35,133 nucleotides of DNA, taken from assembly GCF_001194135.2 (NCBI RefSeq), contig NC_068999.1:39778086-39813218 (forward strand), in the 5' to 3' direction. Made by a program: the position numbers and the translations under genes. Under the pieces are notes generated by a model that was not told the origin of the DNA, searched no databases, and saw only the letters and a list, made by a program, of their open reading frames with translations. This document shows, one piece after another, positions 12,321-24,293 of this stretch (its first letter is position 1; each line of letters starts with the position of its first letter). The DNA comes from Octopus bimaculoides (lineage: Eukaryota).

Positions 12321-13329
12321 TTCAGATGTATTGTAATAATGATAGACGGTACGCTCTTAAATTGTACTAAAGAAAGTTTGGTTCACAAAATCATCGACGT
12401 TTTTGCTTTGAAAAAATATGGATATATCTCTGTAAGATGTATAAGTAGAATCTACATATAAAAAAGTCACATTTTTCAAATTACATTGCTGTCATCGTTG
12501 CCGTTAGCGGGCTGTGTTGAGTTCGATTCTAAGTGGAATTCTATTATAATAACATACAAGTATCGTGTAACAACACTGACGATAACTTTAATGAAAACTC
12601 GACCATATAAACAAACATTTTATATTTGTCAATGTGTATGTGTGTGTGCGTTTATCTATATAACTATTTTATAGAACAGAATTTCAGGTACGCATAGGAA
12701 CATCTACTTTCCTGTGATATAGTGACAGCACAGAAAGAAAAAATATCTCATTCTATGGTTTTGTATACTGTATACACACTCATCCCATTCTGTATTGAAA
12801 CTTGACATAACTTCACATGAAAAGAAAACGTCGATAGAATTTTCTTATCAGCTTTGATTGCAACAGTATGTTACATAATATCAGTTGGAGATAAGCTGAA
12901 ACGGAACGGAATTATAGAGATATGTCTGTTTATTTAAAACTATTGTCTCGTCTTAGAAATGTAGCCATCATTCAAAATGTAATACTTTTTCTTTAATGTT
13001 CATATCACACAAAGACTGATAAGGACAATTGTACATTAGAAAAGAGGATAGACTTAGCATCATCCTAAATCTATGAATACTTATCGATTTTACTATTCCA
13101 GTAAGGGTTTGGATAGCTTATTCTAGTGTTAGATATCAATATAAAACTCCCAAATCCAGTTAGGTACAGAGACAATATGTCGGGGAAAAAATCAAACGGA
13201 AACAGTTTATATTTTTGTATATTAACAGGAGAAAATTAGATACGTGCGATATAAATCGATGTTTCACAATTTCGTGTCACATCAGGTATTATGGAGTATA
13301 CGTTACTATTCCATTTATATATATAATAT

Positions 13330-13356
13330 TGATTCCATATACATATTTATATATAT

Positions 13357-13407
<51 letters not shown>

Positions 13408-13435
13408 NNNNNNNNNNNNNNNNNNNNNNNNNNNN

Positions 13436-13465
<30 letters not shown>
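13330..13465. repeat. (TA)n/(AC)n - gap 13408-13435 - (TA)n
   Basis: Direct read. Confidence 0.9.
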
Positions 13466-13468
<3 letters not shown>

Positions 13469-13619
13469 TGGTGTATTTATGTATACATACACACATGAAT
13501 GTTGTGTGTGTGCCGTATGCACACTCGCGTGTGTGTAATATAGATTCCATGCGTTATCATTATTTCATATAAGCACAACAAAATAAACTGTTCGAAAACA
13601 AAAAATTCCAAGCATGCTA

Positions 13620-13952
13620 ACCTTGGACGCCAAGAACCTACCGAAGTATTCTGTCACTAATAATACATGTTTGTGCCTATTTCCTCAATGTCACTGCCCA
13701 ATATTTCGGAGTAGCTCCTAATGCACCCATAACTACTGAGATACACTTTACCCGCACTTTCCATTGCCTCCGTAACTTGAAGGCTACGGCATGACGCTTT
13801 GGTATTTTCTCTATATCTGTCATATTCACTTTGTCATCTGGTGGTCAGTCAATTACCCGGTATTTTCTACTCCCTTTATCTGCTACTACTAAGTCAGGCT
13901 TTCTAGCTTCTATTACTTCTTCAACATGAATATTAAAATCCCACAACATCGT
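13620..13952 (-). mobile_element. Decayed 3' fragment of an R4/Dong-type non-LTR retrotransposon (restriction-like endonuclease domain)
   Basis: Manual translation: LWDFNIHVEEVIEARKPDLVVADKGSRKYRVID*PPDDKVNMTDIEKIPK...RRQWKVRVKCISVVMGALGA...RILR*VLG. This matches the LWD...RPD(I/L)V...ID...EK...GALG...RILRKVL pattern of R4-clade PD-(D/E)xK RLE C-termini; in-frame stops present. Confidence 0.8.
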
Positions 13953-14569
13953 ATATTTCTTACTTTACTAGGTTTATGCGTGTGTGAATATTTATATATA
14001 TAACAAGAAAAACAAAACTGGACATTAGGACGTTAACAATTGTTTATATTTAACAGTAAATTGATCATCATCACTTACAGCGTTTTCAGTTAATGCTCAC
14101 AAAACATAAATTTACATTACTGTGTCGTGAGCATAATATCATCAAAGGAGAAAGGATGTAAATTTGGATGTTATTTGTGTGTTTGTGAATTCATCTTAGT
14201 CATACTCGTAAGCGCACATATAACGTCCAAATGTACATCATTTTCCCCTCTTATGATATTGTGTTCATGTCACATTAATGTAAATTTAATGTTTACTGAG
14301 CATTAATTGAAACGGCTGTAAGTGAAGCTGATCAATTTACTGTTAATTATAGACAATTATTAGCTTCCTAATGTCCATTTTCTTTTCTTTATTCTATTTA
14401 TTGTTTTGATCTTCGTCCGTCTACTAACGGTCTCGTCTTGTTAAATTTCGGTTCCATTCCCGGCATGCTTCTTACCGGTGCCGCCAGAGTGGAAGCAATA
14501 TTATATATTATCAATAGTGGCCGAAATTGTGCTTTGAACCTCTGGCCGATAACTAAAGAGGATTTGCTG

Positions 14570-14631
14570 ACAGACATACAGACAGACCGATACATTGATA
14601 GACAGATAGATATATAGATAGATATACATAC

Positions 14632-14666
<35 letters not shown>

Positions 14667-14803
14667 NNNNNNNNNNNNNNNNNNNNNNNNNNNNNNNNNN
14701 NNNNNNNNNNNNNNNNNNNNNNNNNNNNNNNNNNNNNNNNNNNNNNNNNNNNNNNNNNNNNNNNNNNNNNNNNNNNNNNNNNNNNNGAGACAGACATACA
14801 GAC

Positions 14804-14862
<59 letters not shown>
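14570..14862. repeat. (GACA)/(GATA)/(CATA)/(TA)n - gap 14667-14786 - (GATA)n
   Basis: Direct read. Confidence 0.9.
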
Positions 14863-14863
<1 letters not shown>

Positions 14864-15269
14864 TTAGGCCCATATATTACTCTTAATCTGCACTTGAAAC
14901 AGAATATTATTCCTTCTATTATCAGCCTCCTTAGATGCGTGATAATTTATCATTTAACACTTAGCATGACTTATATGGCATAAAATGATAGATCTTCGGA
15001 TCGCAGTTTGTTATCTTCAAGATTTCTATTATGAATTCAATTTTTTACTATAGATAAACTCGTTAAAAGGGTACGATTAGAATACATATTCTGACAAGCA
15101 GAATAGAAATATTATAGATTTTTAGTAGTGAATTCAAACACTACGATACAATGAGAGAAAAGGTCACATGTTAACAAGTGACTTAGTTTTACTGTTATTA
15201 AATAATGAATTAAATTTATATTATATTAGATTTGAGATGAGAAGGAGGTATGTCATGTCTCGACAGTTA

Positions 15270-15560
15270 TAGTAACAATAGAAATATACGTATACATAGA
15301 CGCATATGCACAATAAATACACATACATACACAAACGTACACAAGCTTACACTCATATGCACATATATATGTATTATATAGATATGTGTGTGTATAATTG
15401 CATATATATATATATATATGCATAGATAAGTGTATATATATAAATAAATACACGTGTGTCTGTCATTGTGCGTACATACATACATACATACATATGTGTG
15501 CACGTGTATATATGTGTATCCATGTATATATGCATGTATACACAATACCATATATGTGTA
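15270..15560. repeat. Degenerate CA/TA/TG dinucleotide mosaic
   Basis: Direct read; source of the Y/I/H/C-rich ORFs. Confidence 0.85.
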
Positions 15561-16164
15561 TTCTTATATTCATATGGGATTTGTATTTGCAGATAATTGT
15601 GAAAGCGTGTTCCGTCTGAATTTCTGTATGACAACCGATAGTTCTGTACCTTTATCTACGCGTGTCTACAGAATATTTGGCTTATGACAAGTTCAATTTA
15701 TTTATTAATTTAAGGAAATTAATTAACCTTTCGAAACACTCCATTTGAATATTAGTGGTGAATTTCTGTAAATTGACGCAATTGAAAATATATTGTTCAT
15801 AAGAACAAATATAACAAGAAACTAATTTATATATAAATGAAGAAAATAGGATAAAAAAGAAAAAATAACAAATGTCTAAAAACCTGTTCGATTTTGATAT
15901 AGGTAGATGTAGATCGAATAAATGTGATTGATCGGAATTGCCTTCAATGGTATATAGAATAAGTCAAGACATATCATTAGGAAAATTTAGTTAATTGGAC
16001 ACACAGCTTTTCTGGACGGGTGCTAGTCAATCCAAGGACCATAGATAAGAAGTTATCTTTCAGTTGCCATCCTTTATCTTTTCTTTCCCTTCTGTATAAT
16101 TATCTGTATAATTCTCTCTCTATGTCTCTTTCTTATTCACTAATACATATGCACATATGTATAC

Positions 16165-16376
16165 TCTTTTACTCTTTTACTTGTTTCAGTCATTTGACTG
16201 CGGCCATGCTGGAGCACCGCTTTTAGTCGAGCAAATCGACCCCAGGACTTATTCTTTAGAAGCCTAGTACTTATTCTATCGGTCTCTTTTGCCGAGCCGC
16301 TAGATTACGGGGACGTAAACAAACCACCTTCAGTTGTCAAGCGATGGTGGGGGGACAAACACATACATACAAACAC

Positions 16377-16413
<37 letters not shown>

Positions 16414-16433
16414 CACATATATACACATATACG
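16165..16433 (-). mobile_element. Longer SINE subfamily sharing the GTCGA-N5-TCGACCCCAG core; runs into gap 16434-17295
   Basis: Core gtcgagcaaatcgaccccag in the same orientation as 12156; internal (CA)/(TA) tract. The flanking sequence (cagtcatttgactgcggccatgctggagcaccgc) is recalled as an abundant octopus repeat, not verified by search. Confidence 0.7.
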
Positions 16434-17295
16434 NNNNNNNNNNNNNNNNNNNNNNNNNNNNNNNNNNNNNNNNNNNNNNNNNNNNNNNNNNNNNNNNNNN
16501 NNNNNNNNNNNNNNNNNNNNNNNNNNNNNNNNNNNNNNNNNNNNNNNNNNNNNNNNNNNNNNNNNNNNNNNNNNNNNNNNNNNNNNNNNNNNNNNNNNNN
16601 NNNNNNNNNNNNNNNNNNNNNNNNNNNNNNNNNNNNNNNNNNNNNNNNNNNNNNNNNNNNNNNNNNNNNNNNNNNNNNNNNNNNNNNNNNNNNNNNNNNN
16701 NNNNNNNNNNNNNNNNNNNNNNNNNNNNNNNNNNNNNNNNNNNNNNNNNNNNNNNNNNNNNNNNNNNNNNNNNNNNNNNNNNNNNNNNNNNNNNNNNNNN
16801 NNNNNNNNNNNNNNNNNNNNNNNNNNNNNNNNNNNNNNNNNNNNNNNNNNNNNNNNNNNNNNNNNNNNNNNNNNNNNNNNNNNNNNNNNNNNNNNNNNNN
16901 NNNNNNNNNNNNNNNNNNNNNNNNNNNNNNNNNNNNNNNNNNNNNNNNNNNNNNNNNNNNNNNNNNNNNNNNNNNNNNNNNNNNNNNNNNNNNNNNNNNN
17001 NNNNNNNNNNNNNNNNNNNNNNNNNNNNNNNNNNNNNNNNNNNNNNNNNNNNNNNNNNNNNNNNNNNNNNNNNNNNNNNNNNNNNNNNNNNNNNNNNNNN
17101 NNNNNNNNNNNNNNNNNNNNNNNNNNNNNNNNNNNNNNNNNNNNNNNNNNNNNNNNNNNNNNNNNNNNNNNNNNNNNNNNNNNNNNNNNNNNNNNNNNNN
17201 NNNNNNNNNNNNNNNNNNNNNNNNNNNNNNNNNNNNNNNNNNNNNNNNNNNNNNNNNNNNNNNNNNNNNNNNNNNNNNNNNNNNNNNNNNNNNNN
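16434..17295. other. Assembly gap, the largest (862 N). Others: 1242-1396, 10187-10196, 13408-13435, 14667-14786, 18984-19284, 20316-21056, 21646-21655, 25344-25353, 28557-29047
   Basis: Runs of N; most abut microsatellites or repeats. Confidence 0.99.
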
Positions 17296-18819
17296 ATATA
17301 TATATATATATATATATATACATACATATATATATGCATGTATATATGTATGTGTGTGCGTGTATGTAAATAATAGGGCATATGTAATATATAGACACAC
17401 ATTCACAGATATACATATACACACTTACATACATATATAAATATGTATAAATCCATGTGCGCGTGTGTGCAAAGATATATGTATGCATATATTTATATTC
17501 CCTGACTTATAGACATATATGTATAATCCATAAATGTTTATATAACTAAATGCGTACATACATGCACACATTCATTCATGCTCAGTAAATATTACAGAAG
17601 AATAAAGTTTGTTCTTAATCCAGGCATTGCTAGCGCGTTTTCATATCTTTAATTGGTATAACGAAGTTTCAGTTTGTCTACTTGCCAACCTGCATTGGTT
17701 TGTATATTTGCTGCTTTCATTTCCAGTCGCTAATATAATGATTTCGGGACACCCTTTGGCGATATCTAGCCGTCCGTAAAACGGTATATTAATAGCTTAA
17801 TTTTAAATGCTTACTCAGCCATGTAAAATTTCTCATAACCAAGTCTGTTCGATTTATATTTACAGTCCTATTCGAACACTGACCTCTTCTTAAAACGAGT
17901 TTCCCAACAACTTACATTATATTTTCTCTTTATTTCTGGTAACAATTAGATCTTATCAGCGAAATGTACATTTCGGAATATTTATAGAACTAATGTACAA
18001 GGTATGGATACGATTATTACTGCAGTATTATGGAATCTTCAATTAATTCCTGCAGATATTTCGTAAACAGCTCTTAGAAACTGCGCAGTTGAAATGGCAA
18101 ATTCAATATCTCTTCGATATAACTTTGCATCGTACAACGCCTGCGTACTTATATATTTACATCACAGGACCTTGCATTTCTCTGTAGAGCCAAACACTTA
18201 TATTCATCCCTATAAACTGCATAAGAGTATTTAACTCCATACAAAATTATGATGAAAATCTTAGATACACTGTTGTAATGAAAGCTTTGAACCCAGGTTA
18301 CATTTAACTCCCATCAGCTAATTCTCCAGGAAAGAATTGTTAATAAAAGCGTAAAGGAACTCTTTCTTTCCGAAAGTTCTAAGAATCTAAAATTAATGAA
18401 AAATTCTGTATGAGTTTAGGTTAGGTGAAATATAATTTAGAATTTTAAGTTAAAGTGATACACGTTTAAAAAAACCTGTGAACTCAAGGTCTTATTGCGC
18501 GGCACTTTAGTTACGAAGTTTGACGGAAAAAAAGCGTTAGGTGTCAGTTTTCCAATATAATGTTTATTTTACGAGTGTTATCAAAGAGAGGGGAGAAACA
18601 CTTAGAGACTAGTCATTATCTTCACAACAAATGCAACTGCATCGACAGTAACCTTCTGTTAATTTTATTCAATGATATAATCAGGAGACGAACACTAGCA
18701 ACTATGCTTCCCTTCAGAGCCCGAGTAATATTTCATAAGAAAGACAGAAGCTTTCTTTTGGCCGAAGACGTGGAATTAATGCTTGAAAAAGTCTGTGATG
18801 TACCAAACAAATCCCACGA

Positions 18820-18890
18820 CACGTTGGCGACGTTTCACGTTGGCGACGTTTCACGTTGGCGACGTTTCACGTTGGCGACGTTTCACGTTG
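18820..18890. repeat. Perfect 16-bp minisatellite (CACGTTGGCGACGTTT) x4.4
   Basis: Units start at 18820, 18836, 18852, 18868 and 18884 (partial); no mismatches. Confidence 0.95.
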
Positions 18891-19284
18891 TAATGCTACG
18901 GTAGCTACCCAACACTAGAAAATTTACATTTGACGGTCTCCCGCAACATTTTCGTTTCCATATTGAACTCACAAAGTCTGGTCNNNNNNNNNNNNNNNNN
19001 NNNNNNNNNNNNNNNNNNNNNNNNNNNNNNNNNNNNNNNNNNNNNNNNNNNNNNNNNNNNNNNNNNNNNNNNNNNNNNNNNNNNNNNNNNNNNNNNNNNN
19101 NNNNNNNNNNNNNNNNNNNNNNNNNNNNNNNNNNNNNNNNNNNNNNNNNNNNNNNNNNNNNNNNNNNNNNNNNNNNNNNNNNNNNNNNNNNNNNNNNNNN
19201 NNNNNNNNNNNNNNNNNNNNNNNNNNNNNNNNNNNNNNNNNNNNNNNNNNNNNNNNNNNNNNNNNNNNNNNNNNNNNNNNNNNN

Positions 19285-19323
<39 letters not shown>

Positions 19324-19710
19324 GCATATGCAAAGAGGAAGAGACAGAAAAAGGGAAAGAGAGAGTAAGGGAACTGTAGGAGAGTGGAAAAAGGGGTGTT
19401 AGAAATAAGAAATAGCTTTGTGCCAATAGGGAGCTATTTAATTGAAGAAACACTCTATAATATATACTGCATATGTACACATACATACATAAGTGTGCGT
19501 GCATGTGTATATACACACACTCACATATATTTATACACACACGCACATATATATACACATATATATATTTACTCATATAAAACAACATGGAGGCTTATAT
19601 ACTCATGTGAGTGTGTATGTGTATATATTTATATTCACGTGTACACATGTTTTTGTGGATATGTATGTCTGTTTATATGTATGTTTGCGTATGCAAGCGT
19701 GTGTATAACC
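19285..19710. repeat. (TA)n, purine-rich stretch and degenerate CA/TG mosaic
   Basis: Direct read. Confidence 0.8.
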
Positions 19711-20049
19711 ACTTGCAATAAGGCGAACATCTTATACATTAAATGCATTAATCATTATGTTGTGCATACATATTATGAAGTAGCGAATGCAGAAATGTGT
19801 AGAGCTTTATAAATTGCAGATGATAATATCTTCGGTATTAAAAAAAAAACACGACATGCCAAAAAAAACTGAAGATCGAAAGATGGAAATCAAATTTTAT
19901 GGAAGCCTACAACGATTAAACTGTATCCTTACCCACGTCATTGCATAAAGAAATCGTTTCACGAAACTCTTTTAAAATCTGCGAGAGAAATCTCAATCAA
20001 AAATATATTTTAGAACATAAAAAAAGAAGAAAAAAAGAACCATGATTAT

Positions 20050-20315
20050 ACATATATATATGGGCGTGTGAGTGTGTGCATACGTATGTGTCTATATATA
20101 TCTATATCGTCGTATTATATCAATACACAAACACATAAACTCGCACACACATGTATACATACTTGCATACGCACACACACATACACACACATACGCATTT
20201 ACATATAATGATATATATGTATATATATATAATTATGTACATATATGGATACATATGTGTATATATGTAAGTATATGTATATATACATATATATGTGCAT
20301 ATATATATATATATA
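20050..20315. repeat. Degenerate TG/CA/TA mosaic running into gap 20316-21056
   Basis: Direct read. Confidence 0.85.
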
Positions 20316-21092
20316 NNNNNNNNNNNNNNNNNNNNNNNNNNNNNNNNNNNNNNNNNNNNNNNNNNNNNNNNNNNNNNNNNNNNNNNNNNNNNNNNNNNNN
20401 NNNNNNNNNNNNNNNNNNNNNNNNNNNNNNNNNNNNNNNNNNNNNNNNNNNNNNNNNNNNNNNNNNNNNNNNNNNNNNNNNNNNNNNNNNNNNNNNNNNN
20501 NNNNNNNNNNNNNNNNNNNNNNNNNNNNNNNNNNNNNNNNNNNNNNNNNNNNNNNNNNNNNNNNNNNNNNNNNNNNNNNNNNNNNNNNNNNNNNNNNNNN
20601 NNNNNNNNNNNNNNNNNNNNNNNNNNNNNNNNNNNNNNNNNNNNNNNNNNNNNNNNNNNNNNNNNNNNNNNNNNNNNNNNNNNNNNNNNNNNNNNNNNNN
20701 NNNNNNNNNNNNNNNNNNNNNNNNNNNNNNNNNNNNNNNNNNNNNNNNNNNNNNNNNNNNNNNNNNNNNNNNNNNNNNNNNNNNNNNNNNNNNNNNNNNN
20801 NNNNNNNNNNNNNNNNNNNNNNNNNNNNNNNNNNNNNNNNNNNNNNNNNNNNNNNNNNNNNNNNNNNNNNNNNNNNNNNNNNNNNNNNNNNNNNNNNNNN
20901 NNNNNNNNNNNNNNNNNNNNNNNNNNNNNNNNNNNNNNNNNNNNNNNNNNNNNNNNNNNNNNNNNNNNNNNNNNNNNNNNNNNNNNNNNNNNNNNNNNNN
21001 NNNNNNNNNNNNNNNNNNNNNNNNNNNNNNNNNNNNNNNNNNNNNNNNNNNNNNNNATATATATAGAAGGTTAGCAGAGAATAGTATTAAAA

Positions 21093-21134
<42 letters not shown>

Positions 21135-21974
21135 GTTCGCGAACAGGTGGAGGTGTTTGCATCTCTGTTTAGAAGAAATTGCAAAGACTTTCTTGATATT
21201 CGACGAGTGTCACATATTCTTACACATGAACATAGAGTTTCGTCTCAGACCAAAATGATGCACCGTACTTCCCCAGGACATCTACTCGCTTTTACATGTT
21301 ATCCTTTAGAGTATACTTGTCTCTATACAGATATGTACTGCCGATAGGTTTCCTCGCTATTATCTTCACTCTGGTGGACTACCAGGAGCCGTCGATTGTC
21401 CCGGTATTATCTTAAACTGTATCTCTTATTTTCTCCATAGTTCCCTTTTTCGTTCGCCTCCCTTTCTTTCCTATAGTTCTTTCTTTATTACGCCGCTCTA
21501 TTCTCTATCACCCTTTATATTTTAAACACTGTTGTGAAATACTTTTTTTTTCATTTTCTCCACTGGATGACGTGGCTTCGTACAAGGGATCCATACAAAC
21601 TTATGTTATTACACATACCTAAGGCATAATGTGTTCTCACTCTATNNNNNNNNNNTATATATATATATTTATTTATTTATTTATTTATTTATTTATATAT
21701 ATATACATATGTATATTTATATATTAATGTACGTATGGATGGATTGATGGATTGATGCATGGATGGATGTATATGTATGTGTGTGTATTCAGGCAGATTA
21801 GATACATACATCCATATATCTATGCCTAAATTCATGCTTATTTGCAAGCGTATGTCAATTCATGCAAACGTACATTCATACATACAAACATAGTCACTTA
21901 ACTTTCTCAGATTTTATGGAGAGAAACGTAAAACAAGATCAACGAATTTCAATAGACGTAGAATATCTGTGTTA

Positions 21975-22545
21975 GTCGGAGATTTTCGTATCTTGCGTAG
22001 AATATATATTTATCCCTTTATCTAATTATCCGCGCAAGAAAAATGTGTGCAGTTCTTTATTTCACCTTCGGCATCAATCATAGAATATGATATATTTGAA
22101 CTAGTGATTTCGTATACGTGTTTGATAACCTTTCGCCACCGATTTACGTTAGAATTCTTTTAATACTATTCTCTGCTAACCTTCGATGCACTGCGAACAT
22201 CACATAGTGCTGACTGGTCTCAACGGCTGTGTTATGTCTTTCAGGATCCAACTTTTATGTAACTTAAAGATACCTTTCACGAAGTATAACTCTCTTGATA
22301 ACGGGGCATCAATACCATACCTTTCTGACCCTTTGTGCAAATAGATATCTCGATATTTTCCATCATGTTTCGGAATAATTTACATATGTCACCATAATCA
22401 AATTTCAGAAGATTCTTATTTATATATAACATTTCTGCAACTCTATCTTTAAGACTGAAAGGGGAACATCTTCGATCAATAATTGTGTCGACTTTAGTGA
22501 ATATGAAATTTGCTTCTATCTTTGCAAAGTATACCAAACATCATT
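21975..22545 (-). mobile_element. Heavily decayed Penelope-like element, RT N-terminal region
   Basis: Translation across frameshifts: ENIEISICTKGQKGMVLM (cf. DIVIxKADKGNxVVxM), GIFKLHKS..PLRPVST (cf. YGLPKIHK..PLRPIVS), IKNCTHF (cf. IKD/NxxxF), DILRLLKF. The SxDVxSLFT motif is not seen. Confidence 0.55.
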
Positions 22546-22944
22546 CTAAACTGGAGTATTAAATTTTTCCTACGCTTCCGTCAAATTACAGTGCATGTAT
22601 CAATACTGCATTTTATAGTTTTATTTAACTCGGATACAATTCGAAATTTTACTTGATTAGAAGACTTATGACAAGTAATTAATCAAGTTATAAGAACCAG
22701 GATAAATAATTGTCTTCAGACAAATTTCACAAATGCTTAGCTCTCACAAAACTCTGATAGCTATACAAAAACCCAACTAGTGACGTTAAACTGGATGGCC
22801 AACACAATAAAAGGAATTTGTCCCACGACGTAATTCAATACATTTTTCTTGCGTAGAATTTCCGAATACTTAGTCGACCCGAGACGTTATGAAATAAGCA
22901 ACACAGCCATACGGTAACCAACATTCCTTGCAGGTCCCACTTTC

Positions 22945-23037
22945 CTTTTGTTTTTTCTTTTTTACTTTTCTTCTTTCTTTTTTACTTTTCTTTATTCTTT
23001 TTTACATTTCTTTTTTCTTTTTTACTTTTCTTTTTGT
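22945..23037. repeat. Periodic T-rich tract (TTTTTTACTTTTC-like units); A-rich on the minus strand
   Basis: Direct read; ends in tttttgtag. Confidence 0.8.
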
Positions 23038-24293
23038 AGAACTCCAGAATTAACATCTGTTTCTTCAGTAGACATATGCTTATAAACGACATGTATGCGA
23101 GTTGCCTTCTGTAATTTTTCATGCCTATGATATTATTAGATTATGATATGCCTGATATCTACAGTCACATTTTACGGCTTTTCCTGTATCACTATCCCTT
23201 TTGTGCATCAGATACTTGGTTGATATTTCCTGTTCCTGGATTGTAAACCTTAGTATATTTTCTGCCTTACCTCTGATATCGTGTTTCACCAATTTAATAA
23301 AAGAAGTTCTACTGGTCAAGTCATTAAATTGCATCACGTTCTCACACAAAAGATTAAACTTCCCATGAATATGCATCTTGTCCTGGTATCTTGCCTGAAG
23401 GTTCAAGATTTTCAGGGAGTGAATAGTTACTCCATCTATACGACTACTCACACAGAGAGCTCCAATTATGGATTTATTGGCAGATTATGTTTTAGTGAAT
23501 AAAGTGTATAGGTCTCTTTCGAGGCGTATACGCATTATACAACGCTTTGGTTACCAATCGGTCCATTTATCTTGACGCTACGTTGACAAATCTCCTTCCC
23601 TGAGAGATAAATATTACATGTGCTCCAAGGTGGATATCACAGTAAGGTCCAAACAATCTGTCAACGGAGAGCCGCTACAATATATTCCCGAAGAAAAATC
23701 ATGATTCTTTAGACTTTAGCATGATCGCTGACACCGCAAATATCATGCAGGAGGAGGGGGCGGAGAGGAAAGATGGAGAAACAAAGAGAAAGAGAGAGAC
23801 GAAACAGGTGGAGAGAGACACCAATGACTATGAGTGAGAGATCGTATTAAAGGAAAATACGTGTAGTACTGTCACCTCAAAAAGTCAATTTCACCTAAAG
23901 AATTAGTGATTATATATATTTTGTAGTTATATGTGCATCGAGGAAAACTGTTATTTACATGTCAAACACTAAAAACTCTGATATGTAATCTTGATAGAAA
24001 GAAGAAAAAATATACGAAAACATATCAATTTTATTACTTTTTTATTACTTTAATACTGTCTGATGCTGCATTTTGGTCAAAGTCGATTACCAACGTCCTG
24101 ATAATTAGCAAATTATTGGTAAACTGGTATTTAATTCAGCGGTCTTGGTGCTATGAAATGCAAATTCAAACTAGTGTGTGCTTTAATGAAGGCTATTTTA
24201 ACATCGAAGTGTGGCAATCATGCTTAAATCTATAGACACTATGTCATATACCTATAATCGATATTATATCGGCATGACTTGAATACCGTTTCA

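Noticed and set aside
17960-17975. Perfect 16-bp palindrome CGAAATGTACATTTCG
   Set aside because: About one such palindrome is expected by chance in 35 kb.
18560-18904. 114-aa ORF
   Set aside because: No recognisable domain; its 3' end is the 16-mer array read-through.
6909-19978. A phase-compatible chain of five minus-strand mini-exons (19978, 14552, 12528, 11102, 6993)
   Set aside because: The joined peptide resembles nothing I know, and such chains are easy to build by chance in AT-rich DNA; only the three best exons are listed individually.
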